The translations under genes and the position numbers were made by a program. DNA of 63,585 nucleotides from an uncultured Frankiaceae bacterium (GTDB lineage Bacteria; Actinomycetota; Actinomycetes; BP-191), in assembly GCA_964651395.1 (NCBI GenBank), contig CAZYXZ010000006.1, positions 1-63,585 on the forward strand, read 5' to 3'. Below the pieces are notes generated by a model, which did no database searches, was not told the DNA's origin, and saw nothing but the letters and a program-made list of their open reading frames with translations. Below are positions 35,228 through 45,552 of this stretch, one piece after another (position 1 is the stretch's first letter; each line of letters starts with the position of its first letter).

Positions 35228-36532
35228 TCACTCCCCCTCGGTGAGCAGCGCGACCACCGCGCGGCGGTCGACCTTCCCCAGCTCCGTGACCGGTACGCCG
35301 TCGGTGAAGACGAACCGGTCCGGCACCTTGTACGCCGACAGCCGGCTCCGGCACCAGGCACGCAGCTCGGCGTCGTCGACGTCGCCGACCACGACAGCAC
35401 CCGCGACCTGGCCGAGATCCGCGTGCGGCAGCGCGCCGACCGCAGCGTCACGCACCGCCGGGTGCTCGCGCAGCACCGTCTCCACCTCGAGCGGCGAGAA
35501 CTTCTCGCCGCCGCGGTTCACGAGCTCGGCCACGCGGCCGACGACGTAGAGGTAGCCGTCGTCGTCCCGGCGCACGAGGTCGCCGGTGCGCAGCCACGAT
35601 CCGTCGGGCTGGCCGATCCAGAGCTCGCCGGGCTGGTCGGCCGGCGCATCCTCCCCGTCGGGTCCGACGTAGCGCGCGACGACGGTCGGCAGCAGCTGCC
35701 CGCACGACCCGCGCCGCCTCGGGTCGCGGTGGTCGTCCGCGGTGAGGAAGGAGATGCCGCCGAGCGTCTCGGTCTGCCCGAACGTGTTGGTGAAGGCGAC
35801 GTGCGGCAGCGCCTCCAGCGCGCGGTCCATGAGGTCCGGCGGCATCGGCGCGGCGCCGTAGGTGACCGACTCCAGCGCCGACAGGTCGGTCGCCCCGAAG
35901 TCCGGGTGGTCGAGCAGCCGGGCCAGCATGGTCGGCACGAGGAAGGTCACCTGCACGCGGTGCCGCTCCGCCAGCCGCAGCCACTCGCCGGCGTCGAAGC
36001 GCTGCTGGACGACGGTCGCGTGGCCGGCGTACAGGCTGACGAACAGGCCGAGCAGCCCGCCGACGTGGAACATCGGGACGCAGAGCAGCCGCACCTGCGG
36101 CTCCGGCACCGCCGGTACGGCGAACCCGCCGATCCGCCCGGTCAGCGCCGCCTGGCTGTGTGGCACCGGCTTCGGCCGACCCGTGGTTCCCGACGTGAAG
36201 AGCACGACCGCCTCGTCGGCGGCACGCGGCGCGGCGGCCAGCGACTCGTCGATCGCCGCGCGCTCGGCCGCGGTGAACCGCGGGTTCACCAGAGCAGTCG
36301 ACCCGCCCGCGTGGGCCGCGCCCAGCAGCGTCGTCATCAGGTCGGGCCCGGAGTCCGCCGCGGCGACCACCCGCTGCCCCGGCGGCAGCTCGGCGGCTCG
36401 GGCGACCGCCAGCGCGCTCAGCTCGGCGTACGTCGTCGGCACACCGTCGAGGACGAGTGCGACCCGGTCCGGCGCCACGGCACAGGTCGGGTCGAGCAGC
36501 TGCGCCAGGTTGTCGAACGCCACGGCGGGCAA
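35228..36532 (-). CDS. Class I adenylate-forming enzyme (acyl-CoA synthetase family)
   Basis: FTSGTTGRPK, PMFHVGG, FGQTE, RTGDL, RGGEKFSPLEVE, YKVP. Confidence 0.92.
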   Translation of the reverse strand: MPAVAFDNLAQLLDPTCAVAPDRVALVLDGVPTTYAELSALAVARAAELPPGQRVVAAADSGPDLMTTLLGAAHAGGSTALVNPRFTAAERAAIDESLAAAPRAADEAVVLFTSGTTGRPKPVPHSQAALTGRIGGFAVPAVPEPQVRLLCVPMFHVGGLLGLFVSLYAGHATVVQQRFDAGEWLRLAERHRVQVTFLVPTMLARLLDHPDFGATDLSALESVTYGAAPMPPDLMDRALEALPHVAFTNTFGQTETLGGISFLTADDHRDPRRRGSCGQLLPTVVARYVGPDGEDAPADQPGELWIGQPDGSWLRTGDLVRRDDDGYLYVVGRVAELVNRGGEKFSPLEVETVLREHPAVRDAAVGALPHADLGQVAGAVVVGDVDDAELRAWCRSRLSAYKVPDRFVFTDGVPVTELGKVDRRAVVALLTEGE

Positions 36533-36556
36533 CCTGCCACAAACGCGGGCATGGCG

Positions 36557-36596
36557 CGGGCCCCGGTCGCCGCTTGGGGTCGGCGACCGGGGCCCG
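36557..36596 (-). terminator. 16-bp perfect hairpin downstream of bldC
   Basis: CGGGCCCCGGTCGCCG-N8-CGGCGACCGGGGCCCG. Confidence 0.7.
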
Positions 36597-36619
36597 TGTC
36601 TATGGGGCGCCAGGTGGTG

Positions 36620-36820
36620 CTAGTCGGCGCGCTGCGTCGGGATGCCGGCGAGCAGCTGGCGTACCTCGGCCTCGCGGTAGCGGCGGTGGCCGCCCAGCGT
36701 GCGGATGGAGGTCAGCTTGCCCGACTTCGCCCAACGGGTGACCGTCTTGGGGTCGACACGGAACATGGTGGCCACCTCCGCCGGGGTCAGCAGCGGCTCG
36801 GTGTCCGGGGTGCGGCTCAT
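36620..36820 (-). CDS. bldC: BldC family MerR-like transcription factor
   Basis: LLTPAEVATMFRVDPKTVTRWAKSGKLTSIRTLGGHRRYREAEVRQLL. Confidence 0.96.
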   Translation of the reverse strand: MSRTPDTEPLLTPAEVATMFRVDPKTVTRWAKSGKLTSIRTLGGHRRYREAEVRQLLAGIPTQRAD

Positions 36821-36870
36821 CTGAGGGTCCTTTCTCGGGTGAGCAGGCGCTCGAGGGAGATCGTGCGCTC

Positions 36871-36946
36871 TGCCCGCGTTGCCCGAAATGGCCCGCAGGG
36901 GCGATCTTTCCCTGGGCAAATAGGACTAGTCCGGGTGATATGTCCG
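36871..36946. promoter_or_regulatory. Periodic G(C/T)CCG direct repeats upstream of bldC, candidate autoregulatory array
   Basis: GCCCG at 36872, 36881 and 36891 (9-10 bp period); GTCCG at 36929 and 36942. BldC is known to bind head-to-tail direct repeats. These are short motifs in high-GC DNA. Confidence 0.3.
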
Positions 36947-36960
36947 TCTGTGCCGAGGCG

Positions 36961-37773
36961 CTAGTTGGCGACCTCTACCGCACGCACGGCGCCCCAGCGC
37001 ACGCTCACGCGCTGGTAGGCCTCGAGCGCGTCGTCCGGCTCCCCGGCGGCCAGACAGGCCACCGCGTGGGCGACATCTGCGGCGGATTCGTCGGATTCCA
37101 GCTCCGCGTCCTCGAACAGCTGGACCAGGTCGCCGTAGTCGAGCTCGACCAGCGAGCGCGGGTGGTAGTCCTCGAGCCAGCGGCCGAGCTCCTCGACGTC
37201 GTCGATCATCGAGGAGTCCTCGACGGTACGGCGGAGCGTCGCCAGCGAGCGGGCCACCCGCCGCCGGGCGTTGGCCATGGTGGTCAGGTACGTCATGCCG
37301 CGGTCCGGGCCGAGGCTGAGCCGGCGTTCCTCGCCCTCGAAGGCCAGGAACCAGCGGAGCGGCACCTGCCAGGTGACGCTCTGGATGTGGCTCTTGATGT
37401 CCGGGGAGCTCGCCCGCAGCCGGGTCAGCTCGCGCTCGGCGATCTCCGCGGTCGCCCGGGGGATGAACGCGTCGGCGATCTCCTCCGGCAGCGACGAACG
37501 GAACTCGCCGATCGCCTGCCACGACCGCAGCTGGATCCGCCACGGGCAGACATATGTGAGACCGCTCACCCGGTGGACGAAGGCGTGCTCGACGTTCGAG
37601 GCCGGCGGCAGGCCGATCGCGGCGACCACCGCGGCCCGATGCTGCGCGCGCAGGCCACCGAGCCGGTCGGGCACGATCCCGGCGGCGAGGTAGACCTCCC
37701 AGCGCCGGCGCTCGGCCGCGGGGAAGGACGTGATCGGCTCGTAGACCCGAAGGTGCGACGAGTAGTCCGGCAC
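36961..37773 (-). CDS. Conserved actinobacterial hypothetical protein (bldC neighbour)
   Basis: YSSHLRVYEP, TWQVPLRWF, ELGRWLEDYHPRSLVELDYG; CAGGAT-N7-GTG. Confidence 0.8.
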   Translation of the reverse strand: MPDYSSHLRVYEPITSFPAAERRRWEVYLAAGIVPDRLGGLRAQHRAAVVAAIGLPPASNVEHAFVHRVSGLTYVCPWRIQLRSWQAIGEFRSSLPEEIADAFIPRATAEIAERELTRLRASSPDIKSHIQSVTWQVPLRWFLAFEGEERRLSLGPDRGMTYLTTMANARRRVARSLATLRRTVEDSSMIDDVEELGRWLEDYHPRSLVELDYGDLVQLFEDAELESDESAADVAHAVACLAAGEPDDALEAYQRVSVRWGAVRAVEVAN

Positions 37774-37855
37774 GGCGTCGATCCTGCCACCGTCCGGGCA
37801 GGGATGCCCGGAGGCAGCGCGAATCTCCGCAACTACCCAGACACAGGAGTGACTC

Positions 37856-39301
37856 ATGTCGCGCTTCGCCCGACCCGTCCTGGTCGCCGCGGCCTCCCTC
37901 GGCTTGCTGACCCCCGTCGCGGGGCAGGCCCGCCCGGTGCCGCTCGACGCGCTGGGCCTCGCGCGCGAGACGGCCGCTCGGGTCGGCACGACGTTGGCGC
38001 CGGACGCCGGCCCCATCTCGTCCGACAACATCAGCCTGCTGACCACACTGCCCGGCAGCTTCGCCGGCATGCGCATCGTCGGGACGAAGGCGTACGTCAC
38101 CGGCTGGTCAGGGCTGACCATTCTCGACATCAGCACCCCGGAGGCGCCGACCCCGGTCGGCGAGCTGCCGCTGCCGCACTTCGAGAACGAGGACGTCGAC
38201 AGCGACGGCAAGGTCGTCCTGATCACCAACGACCGCGGTCAGGCCGAGAAGGGCGCAGTCCTCTACGTCATCGACGTCCAGGATCCGGCCGCGCCGCACC
38301 TCGCCGCGGTGCTCCCCATCGGTGCGCTTCTCGGCACCGAGCGTGGGCCCGGCCACATCGCGAACTGCGTGAAGGACGGCTGCGAGTGGGTCTGGCTGAC
38401 CGGCGGTACCCGCGTCTGGGTGATCAACCTGAAGGACCCCGCGCACCCGCTCCTGGTCAGCGCGTTCCGGACTCCCGCGGCGCACCCGAACGCGCGCTTC
38501 GCGGCCGGCGTCACGCATGACGTGGAGCGTGACGCTCAGGGCCGCGTCTGGGTCACGGGTTCCGGCGGCGCGGCGGCGTACGACGTGAAGGACCCCGCGC
38601 ACCCGAAACTGCTGTCCACCACGGGCACGACCGCGCACGACCCGGCGGTCAACGACTTCATCCTGCACAACTCGCAGCGGCCCGAGGCCGCGAAGTACAC
38701 GCCGCGCACCGCGAAGAACCACAAGGTCCGCGCGACGCTCCCCGGTGAGCTCCTCATCACCACCGAGGAGGACTACATCGACGACACGCAGACGCCACCG
38801 GGGGGCTGCAACGGCCAGGGCAAGATGGCCACCTGGGATGCGCGCGACTACACCAAGGGCCGCGCCGTGACCCTGCTCAACCAGTGGAAGACCGAGCTCG
38901 GGGGCGTGCCGCTGCTCGAGGGCAGCAAGGCGCCCGTGACGGCGAACTGCTCCTCGCACTGGTTCACCGAGCGCAACGGCCTGGTCGCCAACGGCTGGTA
39001 CGAGCAGGGCCTGCGCATCCTCGACGTACGGCTACCGCGCGAGATCCGCCAGGTGGCCTACTGGCTGCCGCCCAACGCCGTGACCTGGGCGGCGAACTGG
39101 GTCACGGACTCGATCATCTACACCTCAGACGTGGCCCGCGGCATCGACGTGCTCAAGCTCAGCGACCCGGCCGCCCACGCACCGACGGTCGTGGCGCCGA
39201 TCCGGGCGAGCTGGCTCGGGGCGGGCACCGGCATCAAGTTCCTGATGCCGTCCGAGACGTTCGGCGGCGCGTGCCTCGTTCCGGTCTGGGCGAAGCTCTA
39301 G
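37856..39301 (+). CDS. Secreted LVIVD-repeat beta-propeller protein
   Basis: Signal peptide; LTILDISTPEAP, LYVIDVQDPAAP, WVINLKDPAHP, AAYDVKDPAHP, LRILDVRLP repeats. Confidence 0.8.
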   Translation: MSRFARPVLVAAASLGLLTPVAGQARPVPLDALGLARETAARVGTTLAPDAGPISSDNISLLTTLPGSFAGMRIVGTKAYVTGWSGLTILDISTPEAPTPVGELPLPHFENEDVDSDGKVVLITNDRGQAEKGAVLYVIDVQDPAAPHLAAVLPIGALLGTERGPGHIANCVKDGCEWVWLTGGTRVWVINLKDPAHPLLVSAFRTPAAHPNARFAAGVTHDVERDAQGRVWVTGSGGAAAYDVKDPAHPKLLSTTGTTAHDPAVNDFILHNSQRPEAAKYTPRTAKNHKVRATLPGELLITTEEDYIDDTQTPPGGCNGQGKMATWDARDYTKGRAVTLLNQWKTELGGVPLLEGSKAPVTANCSSHWFTERNGLVANGWYEQGLRILDVRLPREIRQVAYWLPPNAVTWAANWVTDSIIYTSDVARGIDVLKLSDPAAHAPTVVAPIRASWLGAGTGIKFLMPSETFGGACLVPVWAKL

Positions 39302-39322
39302 ACGGCATACGCTGGGCTCACC

Positions 39323-40387
39323 ATGACGGTCTTCCGCGGCACGGCGCACGAGCAGGTGGTCTTCTGCCAGGACCCTGAGTCCGGGCTGCGCGCGATCATC
39401 GCGATCTACTCCACGGCCCTCGGCCCCGCCCTCGGCGGCACCCGCTTCTACCCGTACGCCGACGAGGACGCCGCGCTCGAGGACGTGCTGGACCTGTCCA
39501 AGGCGATGGCCTACAAGGCCGCCTGCGCCGGCCTCGACCTCGGTGGCGGGAAGGCCGTCATCATCGGCGACCCGGCGACCGCCAAGACCGAGCCGCTGCT
39601 GCGCGCGTTCGGCCGGTTCGTCCAGAGCCTGGGGGGCCGCTACCTCACCGCCGCCGACGTCGGCACCTACGTCGCCGACATGGACGTCATCGCCCGCGAG
39701 TGCGACTTCGTCACCGGCCGCTCCCCCGAGCACGGCGGCGCCGGCGACAGCTCGGTACTCACGGCGTACGGCGTGTTCCAGGGCATGCGCGCGGCAGCCG
39801 AGGAGCTGTGGGGCGAGCCGACCCTGCGCGGCCGTCGGGTCGGTGTGTCCGGCGTGGGCAAGGTCGGCCACCACCTGGTGACCCACCTGCTCGAGGACGG
39901 CGCCACGGTCGCCGTGGAGGACGTGAGCGAGGACGCGATCGCCCGCGCCCGGGCCGAGCACCCGGAGATCGACGTCGTACCCGTGGGAGAGCTGGTGGGC
40001 GCCGATCTCGACGTCTTCTCGCCGTGCGCGATGGGCGGCGCGCTCGACGACGCGACGGTCCAGGTGCTCAAGGCCCGCATCGTCTGCGGGGGCGCCAACA
40101 ACCAGCTCGACCACCCGGGCATCGAGAAGGTGCTGGCCGACAACGGCGTCCTCTACGCGCCCGACTACGTCGTCAACGCCGGCGGGCTGATTCAGGTCGC
40201 CGACGAGATCGAGGGCTTCCACGAGCCGCGCGCCCGGGCGATGGCCGCGAAGATCTTCGACACGACGCGGCGGGTCTTCGCGCTCGCCGACGAGGAAGGC
40301 GTGCCACCCGTCGTGGCCGCCGACCGGCTGGCCGAACGGCGCATGCGCGACGTCGGTCGCCTGCGCGGCATCCTCATCCGCCGCTAG
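39323..40387 (+). CDS. Leu/Val/Phe dehydrogenase
   Basis: [49 protein letters not shown]. Confidence 0.93.
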   Translation: MTVFRGTAHEQVVFCQDPESGLRAIIAIYSTALGPALGGTRFYPYADEDAALEDVLDLSKAMAYKAACAGLDLGGGKAVIIGDPATAKTEPLLRAFGRFVQSLGGRYLTAADVGTYVADMDVIARECDFVTGRSPEHGGAGDSSVLTAYGVFQGMRAAAEELWGEPTLRGRRVGVSGVGKVGHHLVTHLLEDGATVAVEDVSEDAIARARAEHPEIDVVPVGELVGADLDVFSPCAMGGALDDATVQVLKARIVCGGANNQLDHPGIEKVLADNGVLYAPDYVVNAGGLIQVADEIEGFHEPRARAMAAKIFDTTRRVFALADEEGVPPVVAADRLAERRMRDVGRLRGILIRR

Positions 40388-40406
40388 ACGGCACAGCCGG
40401 ACATGG

Positions 40407-40452
40407 CGTGGGGCGGGAAACCCCGCCCCCGCGCCCGATTTTCCGCCCCACG
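40407..40452. terminator. Inverted repeat between convergent genes
   Basis: CGTGGGGCGGGAAA...TTTTCCGCCCCACG. Confidence 0.65.
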
Positions 40453-40465
40453 ATGTGCTGGGTGT

Positions 40466-41026
40466 CTAGCCGCAGGTGACCAGGTGGCCGCCGTAGACCT
40501 CGTCCTCGACCGGCGCGAACGCACCGTTGGGACCGCGCGCAGGGATCTTCGCCGGGAACTCGATCGACCCTGTGATGTTCGAGCTCGGCAGGGACCGGTA
40601 GAAGTTCACGACGACGGTGTATGTCTGCCCCGACTTGAGATCCGTGCCCTTGAGCCCGACGAACTCGCCAGTCCCGTAGGCGTTGCCACAGGCGCCGATC
40701 TGCTTGCCGGCACTGTCGTACACGTACAGGTCGTGGTCAGTCCCTGTGCCGGTGAACGCCATCTTCACGAGGACGTCACCAGAGATGCCCTTGGCCGGCT
40801 TGTACTTGAACTCCTGACGAATGCAGTCCGCGGGTGCCTTGCACTTGTAGGTGTCCGGAGCTCCGGTGAAGAACCAGGTGTCATTGGTCTTCATGCCGGC
40901 CGAGCCCTTGAACTCGATCTTCTTGGTCTTCTTGCCGTCGAGTGTGGGAGCGGCAGCGTGGCCGGCCGTGCCCATCGCGACGAGAGTGACTGCCGCGGCG
41001 AGACCGACGGCAAGACGTGAACGCAT
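40466..41026 (-). CDS. Secreted protein with a PPC-like domain (paralog 1)
   Basis: Signal ...VAMGTAGHA; DGKKTKKIEFKG; DHDLYVYD; four Cys plus a C-terminal Cys. Confidence 0.8.
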   Translation of the reverse strand: MRSRLAVGLAAAVTLVAMGTAGHAAAPTLDGKKTKKIEFKGSAGMKTNDTWFFTGAPDTYKCKAPADCIRQEFKYKPAKGISGDVLVKMAFTGTGTDHDLYVYDSAGKQIGACGNAYGTGEFVGLKGTDLKSGQTYTVVVNFYRSLPSSNITGSIEFPAKIPARGPNGAFAPVEDEVYGGHLVTCG

Positions 41027-41102
41027 CAAAGCTCCAGATCCGAGAGGAGGGTCGGGGAACAGGGTTCGCGCCAGGAGACGCCGATCCCTCCTCCCGTCGC
41101 GG

Positions 41103-41675
41103 CTAGGTCGTGCAGTTGTAGAGCAGGATGTCGTCGAGCCCGATCTCGAAGAGCGGGAGCGGCGTGTTGGGCACCGGGCCGGCGGCCGGCGCCTTCGCCG
41201 GGAACTCGATCGTGCCGGTGACGCTGTTGCTCGGCACCGAGCGGTAGAAGTCGGCGATGGCGGTGTAGGTCTTGCCGGTCTTGAGGACGCCTTCGGCGAT
41301 GTAGACCCACTCGCGGTCGCCCGTGCTGCCACCGCAGGAGCCGAGGTTCGTGCCCGCGGAGTCGGTGACGAAGAGGTCCATGTCGTTGGCCGGCGAGGAA
41401 GGCCACTTGATGCGGAACAGCGCGCCGCCCTTGATGCCCTTGGCCGGCTTGAAGACGAAGTCCTGGCGGATGCAGCGCGGGGGCTTGCACTTCATCCGGG
41501 TCTCGGTGTCCGAGAGGAGGAGGTCGGTGTCGTTGGAGCCCATGGCTCCGTTCCCCTTGAACTCGATCTTCTTGAGCTTCTTGCCGTCGAGGACTGGGGT
41601 GGCGGCGTGGCCGGCCGTCCCCATCGCCACGAGGGCTCCCGCCATGGCAAGGCAAACTACGAGACGTGCACGCAT
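41103..41675 (-). CDS. Secreted protein with a PPC-like domain (paralog 2)
   Basis: Signal ...VAMGTAGHA; DGKKLKKIEFKG; DMDLFVTD; clearly homologous to 40466-41026. Confidence 0.8.
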   Translation of the reverse strand: MRARLVVCLAMAGALVAMGTAGHAATPVLDGKKLKKIEFKGNGAMGSNDTDLLLSDTETRMKCKPPRCIRQDFVFKPAKGIKGGALFRIKWPSSPANDMDLFVTDSAGTNLGSCGGSTGDREWVYIAEGVLKTGKTYTAIADFYRSVPSNSVTGTIEFPAKAPAAGPVPNTPLPLFEIGLDDILLYNCTT

Positions 41676-41853
41676 GGGGTACTCCTGATCTGGGAGAGCT
41701 GTGCTGGGAGCGGAACACTTCGCCCCGCGGAGGGCGTTTCCCTCCTTGGCGGGATGCTCAGGGCGCCCGGCTGCCTGTACCGTGCAGGTAAGCCGACCGC
41801 GACCTGGCGCGGTCCGGCATCGGGTGGTTTCTTCGAATTCGGGAGGTCGAGCC

Positions 41854-42045
41854 ATGGGGCGCGGCCGGGCCAAGGCCAAGCAGACCAAGATCGCGCGCGA
41901 GCTCAAGTACTCGCCGCCGGTCGGCACCGACCTGGACCGCCTGCGCGCGGAGCTCGCCGCGGGCGACGCGCCACCCGCTCCGGTCGCGGCCGAGGACGAC
42001 GACGACCTCGAGGACGACGACGACGTCGAGGACGAGGTCGGTTAG
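41854..42045 (+). CDS. DUF3073 domain protein
   Basis: MGRGRAKAKQTKIARELKYS; acidic tail; typical purM neighbour; SD GGAGG. Confidence 0.92.
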   Translation: MGRGRAKAKQTKIARELKYSPPVGTDLDRLRAELAAGDAPPAPVAAEDDDDLEDDDDVEDEVG

Positions 42046-42072
42046 CCCACTCTGTCCTTCCGGCTAGCCCCG

Positions 42073-42906
42073 CTAGCCGGGCGGCGCGTCCTTCGCCGGG
42101 ACGTCGCCCAGGCTGGCGCCCAGGAACTGACGCCCGTCCCACTGCAGCCGGTTGTGCACGAACCGCGACGGGCAGCACGGCTGCTCGCCCGGGCGTACGG
42201 CGGCGGCGTACTCCTCGATGGTCCCGCCGGGCAGCGCGATGCGGCCGAGCCGGAGAGCGCCGCGGTGAGCGCGCAGCACCAGGGGGCCGCCCTTGCGCCA
42301 CGTGAACACGTCGTACGCGCGGTACTCCGGGTTGCCCTGCAGGCGGGTGATCGCCACGAGGCTGTCGACGCCGAAGCCGATCAGCTTCGCCCCACGGACC
42401 GTGAAGCCGAGTCCGCCGTCGGCCTGCTGCGCGGTGTAGGCCAGGTGGTAGCCCCCCGCCGCCTCGTCGAAGGTGTGCAACCGCAGCACCCACTGGCGCC
42501 CGGTGCCGGCCGCCTCGGTGCCGGCGACCCAGAGCACGCTCCCGCCGTGCAGGCGCACCTCGTCGCAGGACACGTCGAGCAGCTCGGGATAGAGCTCCTC
42601 GCAGCTGGACCCGCTGCTGATCGTGATGGCGCCGCCGGAAGTCGTCCGCTGGAAGCTCGACCCCTGCGCGGTGATCGGTGTGCCCACGGCCTTGCCCGGC
42701 GTGCTGGCCGTCACCGACGGCTTCACGGACGACGTGGCGGTGGCTGTCGCGCTCGCCGAGACGGTGGCGGTCGGCGTCGCCGTGAGGGTGGGCTCCGGCG
42801 ACTCGGTCGGGCCGAGCGTCTCTCCGCTGTCACCCGAACAGGCGGCGAGGACCAGGCCGAGCGTCAGGCCGGCGACGGCGATCCGGGGTCGGTGCGACGC
42901 GCGCAT
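42073..42906 (-). CDS. Lipoprotein, unknown function
   Basis: Lipobox VLAAC; Thr/Ser/Pro linker; four Cys in the mature domain. Confidence 0.7.
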   Translation of the reverse strand: MRASHRPRIAVAGLTLGLVLAACSGDSGETLGPTESPEPTLTATPTATVSASATATATSSVKPSVTASTPGKAVGTPITAQGSSFQRTTSGGAITISSGSSCEELYPELLDVSCDEVRLHGGSVLWVAGTEAAGTGRQWVLRLHTFDEAAGGYHLAYTAQQADGGLGFTVRGAKLIGFGVDSLVAITRLQGNPEYRAYDVFTWRKGGPLVLRAHRGALRLGRIALPGGTIEEYAAAVRPGEQPCCPSRFVHNRLQWDGRQFLGASLGDVPAKDAPPG

Positions 42907-42907
42907 G

Positions 42908-43993
42908 TCAGGCGGGGTGCTCGCCGACCAGCCGGGTGGTGTCGTCGTCCGCGACGACCTCACCGGCGACCCAGGCGTGGACCCCGTGGCGCTGCAGTAC
43001 GGCGAGCGCGCGGTCCCCGTCCTCCGCCCCCACGATGGCGATCATCCCCACCCCCATGTTGAACGTGCGCTCCATCTCGGCCTGGTCGACCCGTCCGCGG
43101 TCCGCGATGAGATGGAAGACCGGCGGCACGACCCACGTCTGGCGATCGAGCACCGCAGCCATTCCCTCGGGGATGACCCGGGCGAGGTTGGCCGCGAGGC
43201 CGCCACCGGTGATGTGCGCGAAGGCATGCACGTCGGCGTCCTCGATCAGCGCCAGGCAGGTGCGCGCGTAGATGCGGGTCGGCGTCAGCAACACGTCGCC
43301 GAGCGTGCCGCCGGGCAGCTCGTCGAGCTCGGCCTCGAGCCGCAGCCGCCCGACATTGAGCAGCACGTGGCGCGCCAGCGCGAAGCCGTTGCTGTGCAGA
43401 CCCGAGGACTGCATGGCGATGACCACGTCGCCGGCGCGGACCCGATCGGCCCCCAGAACGTTGTCCGCCTCGACGATGCCGACGCCGGTCGCGGCGAGGT
43501 CGTACGCGTCGTGGTCCATCGTGCCGGGGTGCTCGGCCGTCTCGCCCCCGACCAGCGCGCACCCGGCCTGCACGCAGCCTTCGACGATGCCGGAGACGAT
43601 CGACTCGATCCGCTCCGGCACCACCTTGGCGCAGGCGATGTAGTCGAGCAGGAACAGCGGCTCAGCACCGCAGACGACGAGGTCGTCGACCACCATCGCG
43701 ACCAGGTCGATGCCGACGGTGTCGTGGCGGTCCATCTGGGCGGCGACCACCAGCTTCGTGCCGACACCGTCGGTGGAGCTGGCGAGGAGCGGGCGCTTGT
43801 ACTTGCTCAGGTCGAGCTCGAAGAGTCCCGCGAAACCGCCGAGGTCGCCGAGCACCTCAGGTCGCGTCGCCCGCTTGACCGTGTCGCGCATGCGCTCGAC
43901 GGCGGCCTCGCCGGCCTCGATGTCGACACCCGCGGCGGCGTACGTCGCGCCGGCAGCATCGTTCGCGCCGCCTCCGGCGCTTGCGCGGGTCAC
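42908..43993 (-). CDS. purM: Phosphoribosylformylglycinamidine cyclo-ligase
   Basis: YAAAGVDIEAG, TDGVGTK, GGETAEHP, SSGLHSNG, HITGGG, TFNMGVG. Confidence 0.97.
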   Translation of the reverse strand: MTRASAGGGANDAAGATYAAAGVDIEAGEAAVERMRDTVKRATRPEVLGDLGGFAGLFELDLSKYKRPLLASSTDGVGTKLVVAAQMDRHDTVGIDLVAMVVDDLVVCGAEPLFLLDYIACAKVVPERIESIVSGIVEGCVQAGCALVGGETAEHPGTMDHDAYDLAATGVGIVEADNVLGADRVRAGDVVIAMQSSGLHSNGFALARHVLLNVGRLRLEAELDELPGGTLGDVLLTPTRIYARTCLALIEDADVHAFAHITGGGLAANLARVIPEGMAAVLDRQTWVVPPVFHLIADRGRVDQAEMERTFNMGVGMIAIVGAEDGDRALAVLQRHGVHAWVAGEVVADDDTTRLVGEHPA

Positions 43994-45492
43994 GGGCGAG
44001 TCAGCGCGTCCTCGGCGCCCAGGCCGGGCAGGACCGGGTCGGGACCGGGGTCCGGGCTCCCGAGCACGTTCATCTCGATGCCCTCGAGCAGATTCTTGTG
44101 GCCCATGACGTCCGCGGCCGGCAGCGCGATCGGGTAGTCACCGTCGAAGCAGGCGCGGCAGAAGTTCTGCTCGGGCAACGTGGTCGCCTCGATCAGGCCC
44201 TCGAGCGAGACGTAGCTCAGTGAGTCGGCGTTGATGGACTCGCGGATCTCCTCGACCTCGATGTTGCCCGCGATCAGCTCGGCCTTGGTCGCGAAGTCGA
44301 TGCCGTAGAAGCACGGCCACTTCACCGGCGGCGAAGCGATACGCACGTGCACCTCGGCGGCACCGGCCTCGCGCAGCATCCGCACGAGCGCCCGCTGGGT
44401 GTTGCCGCGGACGATCGAGTCGTCGACGACGACGAGCCGCTTGCCGCGCAGCACCTCGCGGACCGGGTTGAGCTTGAGCCGGATGCCGAGCTGGCGGATG
44501 GTCTGCGACGGCTGGATGAAGGTGCGGCCGACGTAGCGGTTCTTGACCAGCCCCTCGCCGTACGGGATGCCGGACTCCTCGGCGAAGCCGATCGCGGCCG
44601 GGCCGCCGGACTCGGGCACGGGGATGACCAGGTCGGCATCGGCCGGCGCCTCACGCGCCAGCTGCCGACCGACCTCGACGCGCGTCGCGTGCACGCCGCG
44701 GCCGCTGATCGTCGTGTCCGGGCGGGCCAGGTAGACGTACTCGAAGAGGCAGCCCTTGGGCTCGGGGTCGGCGAACTTCGCGCCGAGCGGCCCGTGCTCG
44801 TCGATCGAGAGCACCTCGCCCGGCTCGATGTCGCGGACGAAGCTCGCGCCCACGATGTCGAGCGCCGCCGTCTCGCTCGCGACGACCCAGCCGCGCTCGA
44901 GCTTGCCGAGCACGAGCGGGCGTACGCCGTGCCGGTCGCGGGCGGCGTACACCGTCGTCTCGTCCATGAAGACGAGCGAGAACGCGCCGGTGAGCATCGG
45001 CAGCACCTCGATCGCCGCCTGGTGCAGCGACACGTCGGTGCGGTCGAAGAGCATCTGGGTGATCAGGTCGGAGTCGGTGGTGGCCCCCATCGACCCGTCT
45101 GTACTGCTACTGATCACTTGCTTTGCCAGCTGCGCGGTGTTGGTCAGGTTGCCGTTGTGGCCGAGGGCGATGCTGCCGCGGTCGCGGGATCCGCGGAACG
45201 ACGGCTGCGCGTTCTCGTAGGTGCACGCCCCGGTCGTGGAGTAGCGCGTGTGGCCGATCGCGAGGTGCCCGGGCAGCGAGCTCAGCGAGGCCTCGTCGAA
45301 GACCTGCGACACCAACCCGAGGTCCTTGTGCACGATGACGTTGCGGCCGTCCGAGACGGCGATGCCGGCCGCCTCCTGACCGCGGTGCTGGAGGGCATAG
45401 AGGCCGTAGTAGGTGAGCTTGGCTACGTCCTCGCCAGGGGCCCACACCCCGAATACACCGCAGGCATCCTTCGGTCCGTCCCCAAGGGGCAC
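43990..45492 (-). CDS. purF: Amidophosphoribosyltransferase
   Basis: DACGVFG (catalytic Cys), LQHRGQE, HNGNL, VVDDSIVRGNT, CFYGIDF, CRACF; GTG 45492 with SD GAGGAG. Confidence 0.97.
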   Translation of the reverse strand: MPLGDGPKDACGVFGVWAPGEDVAKLTYYGLYALQHRGQEAAGIAVSDGRNVIVHKDLGLVSQVFDEASLSSLPGHLAIGHTRYSTTGACTYENAQPSFRGSRDRGSIALGHNGNLTNTAQLAKQVISSSTDGSMGATTDSDLITQMLFDRTDVSLHQAAIEVLPMLTGAFSLVFMDETTVYAARDRHGVRPLVLGKLERGWVVASETAALDIVGASFVRDIEPGEVLSIDEHGPLGAKFADPEPKGCLFEYVYLARPDTTISGRGVHATRVEVGRQLAREAPADADLVIPVPESGGPAAIGFAEESGIPYGEGLVKNRYVGRTFIQPSQTIRQLGIRLKLNPVREVLRGKRLVVVDDSIVRGNTQRALVRMLREAGAAEVHVRIASPPVKWPCFYGIDFATKAELIAGNIEVEEIRESINADSLSYVSLEGLIEATTLPEQNFCRACFDGDYPIALPAADVMGHKNLLEGIEMNVLGSPDPGPDPVLPGLGAEDALTRP

Positions 45493-45552
45493 GGGCTCTC
45501 TCCTCGCGAACTGGCGGGCGGGGTGGAAGTTGCACGTCATCGTACAGGGCTA

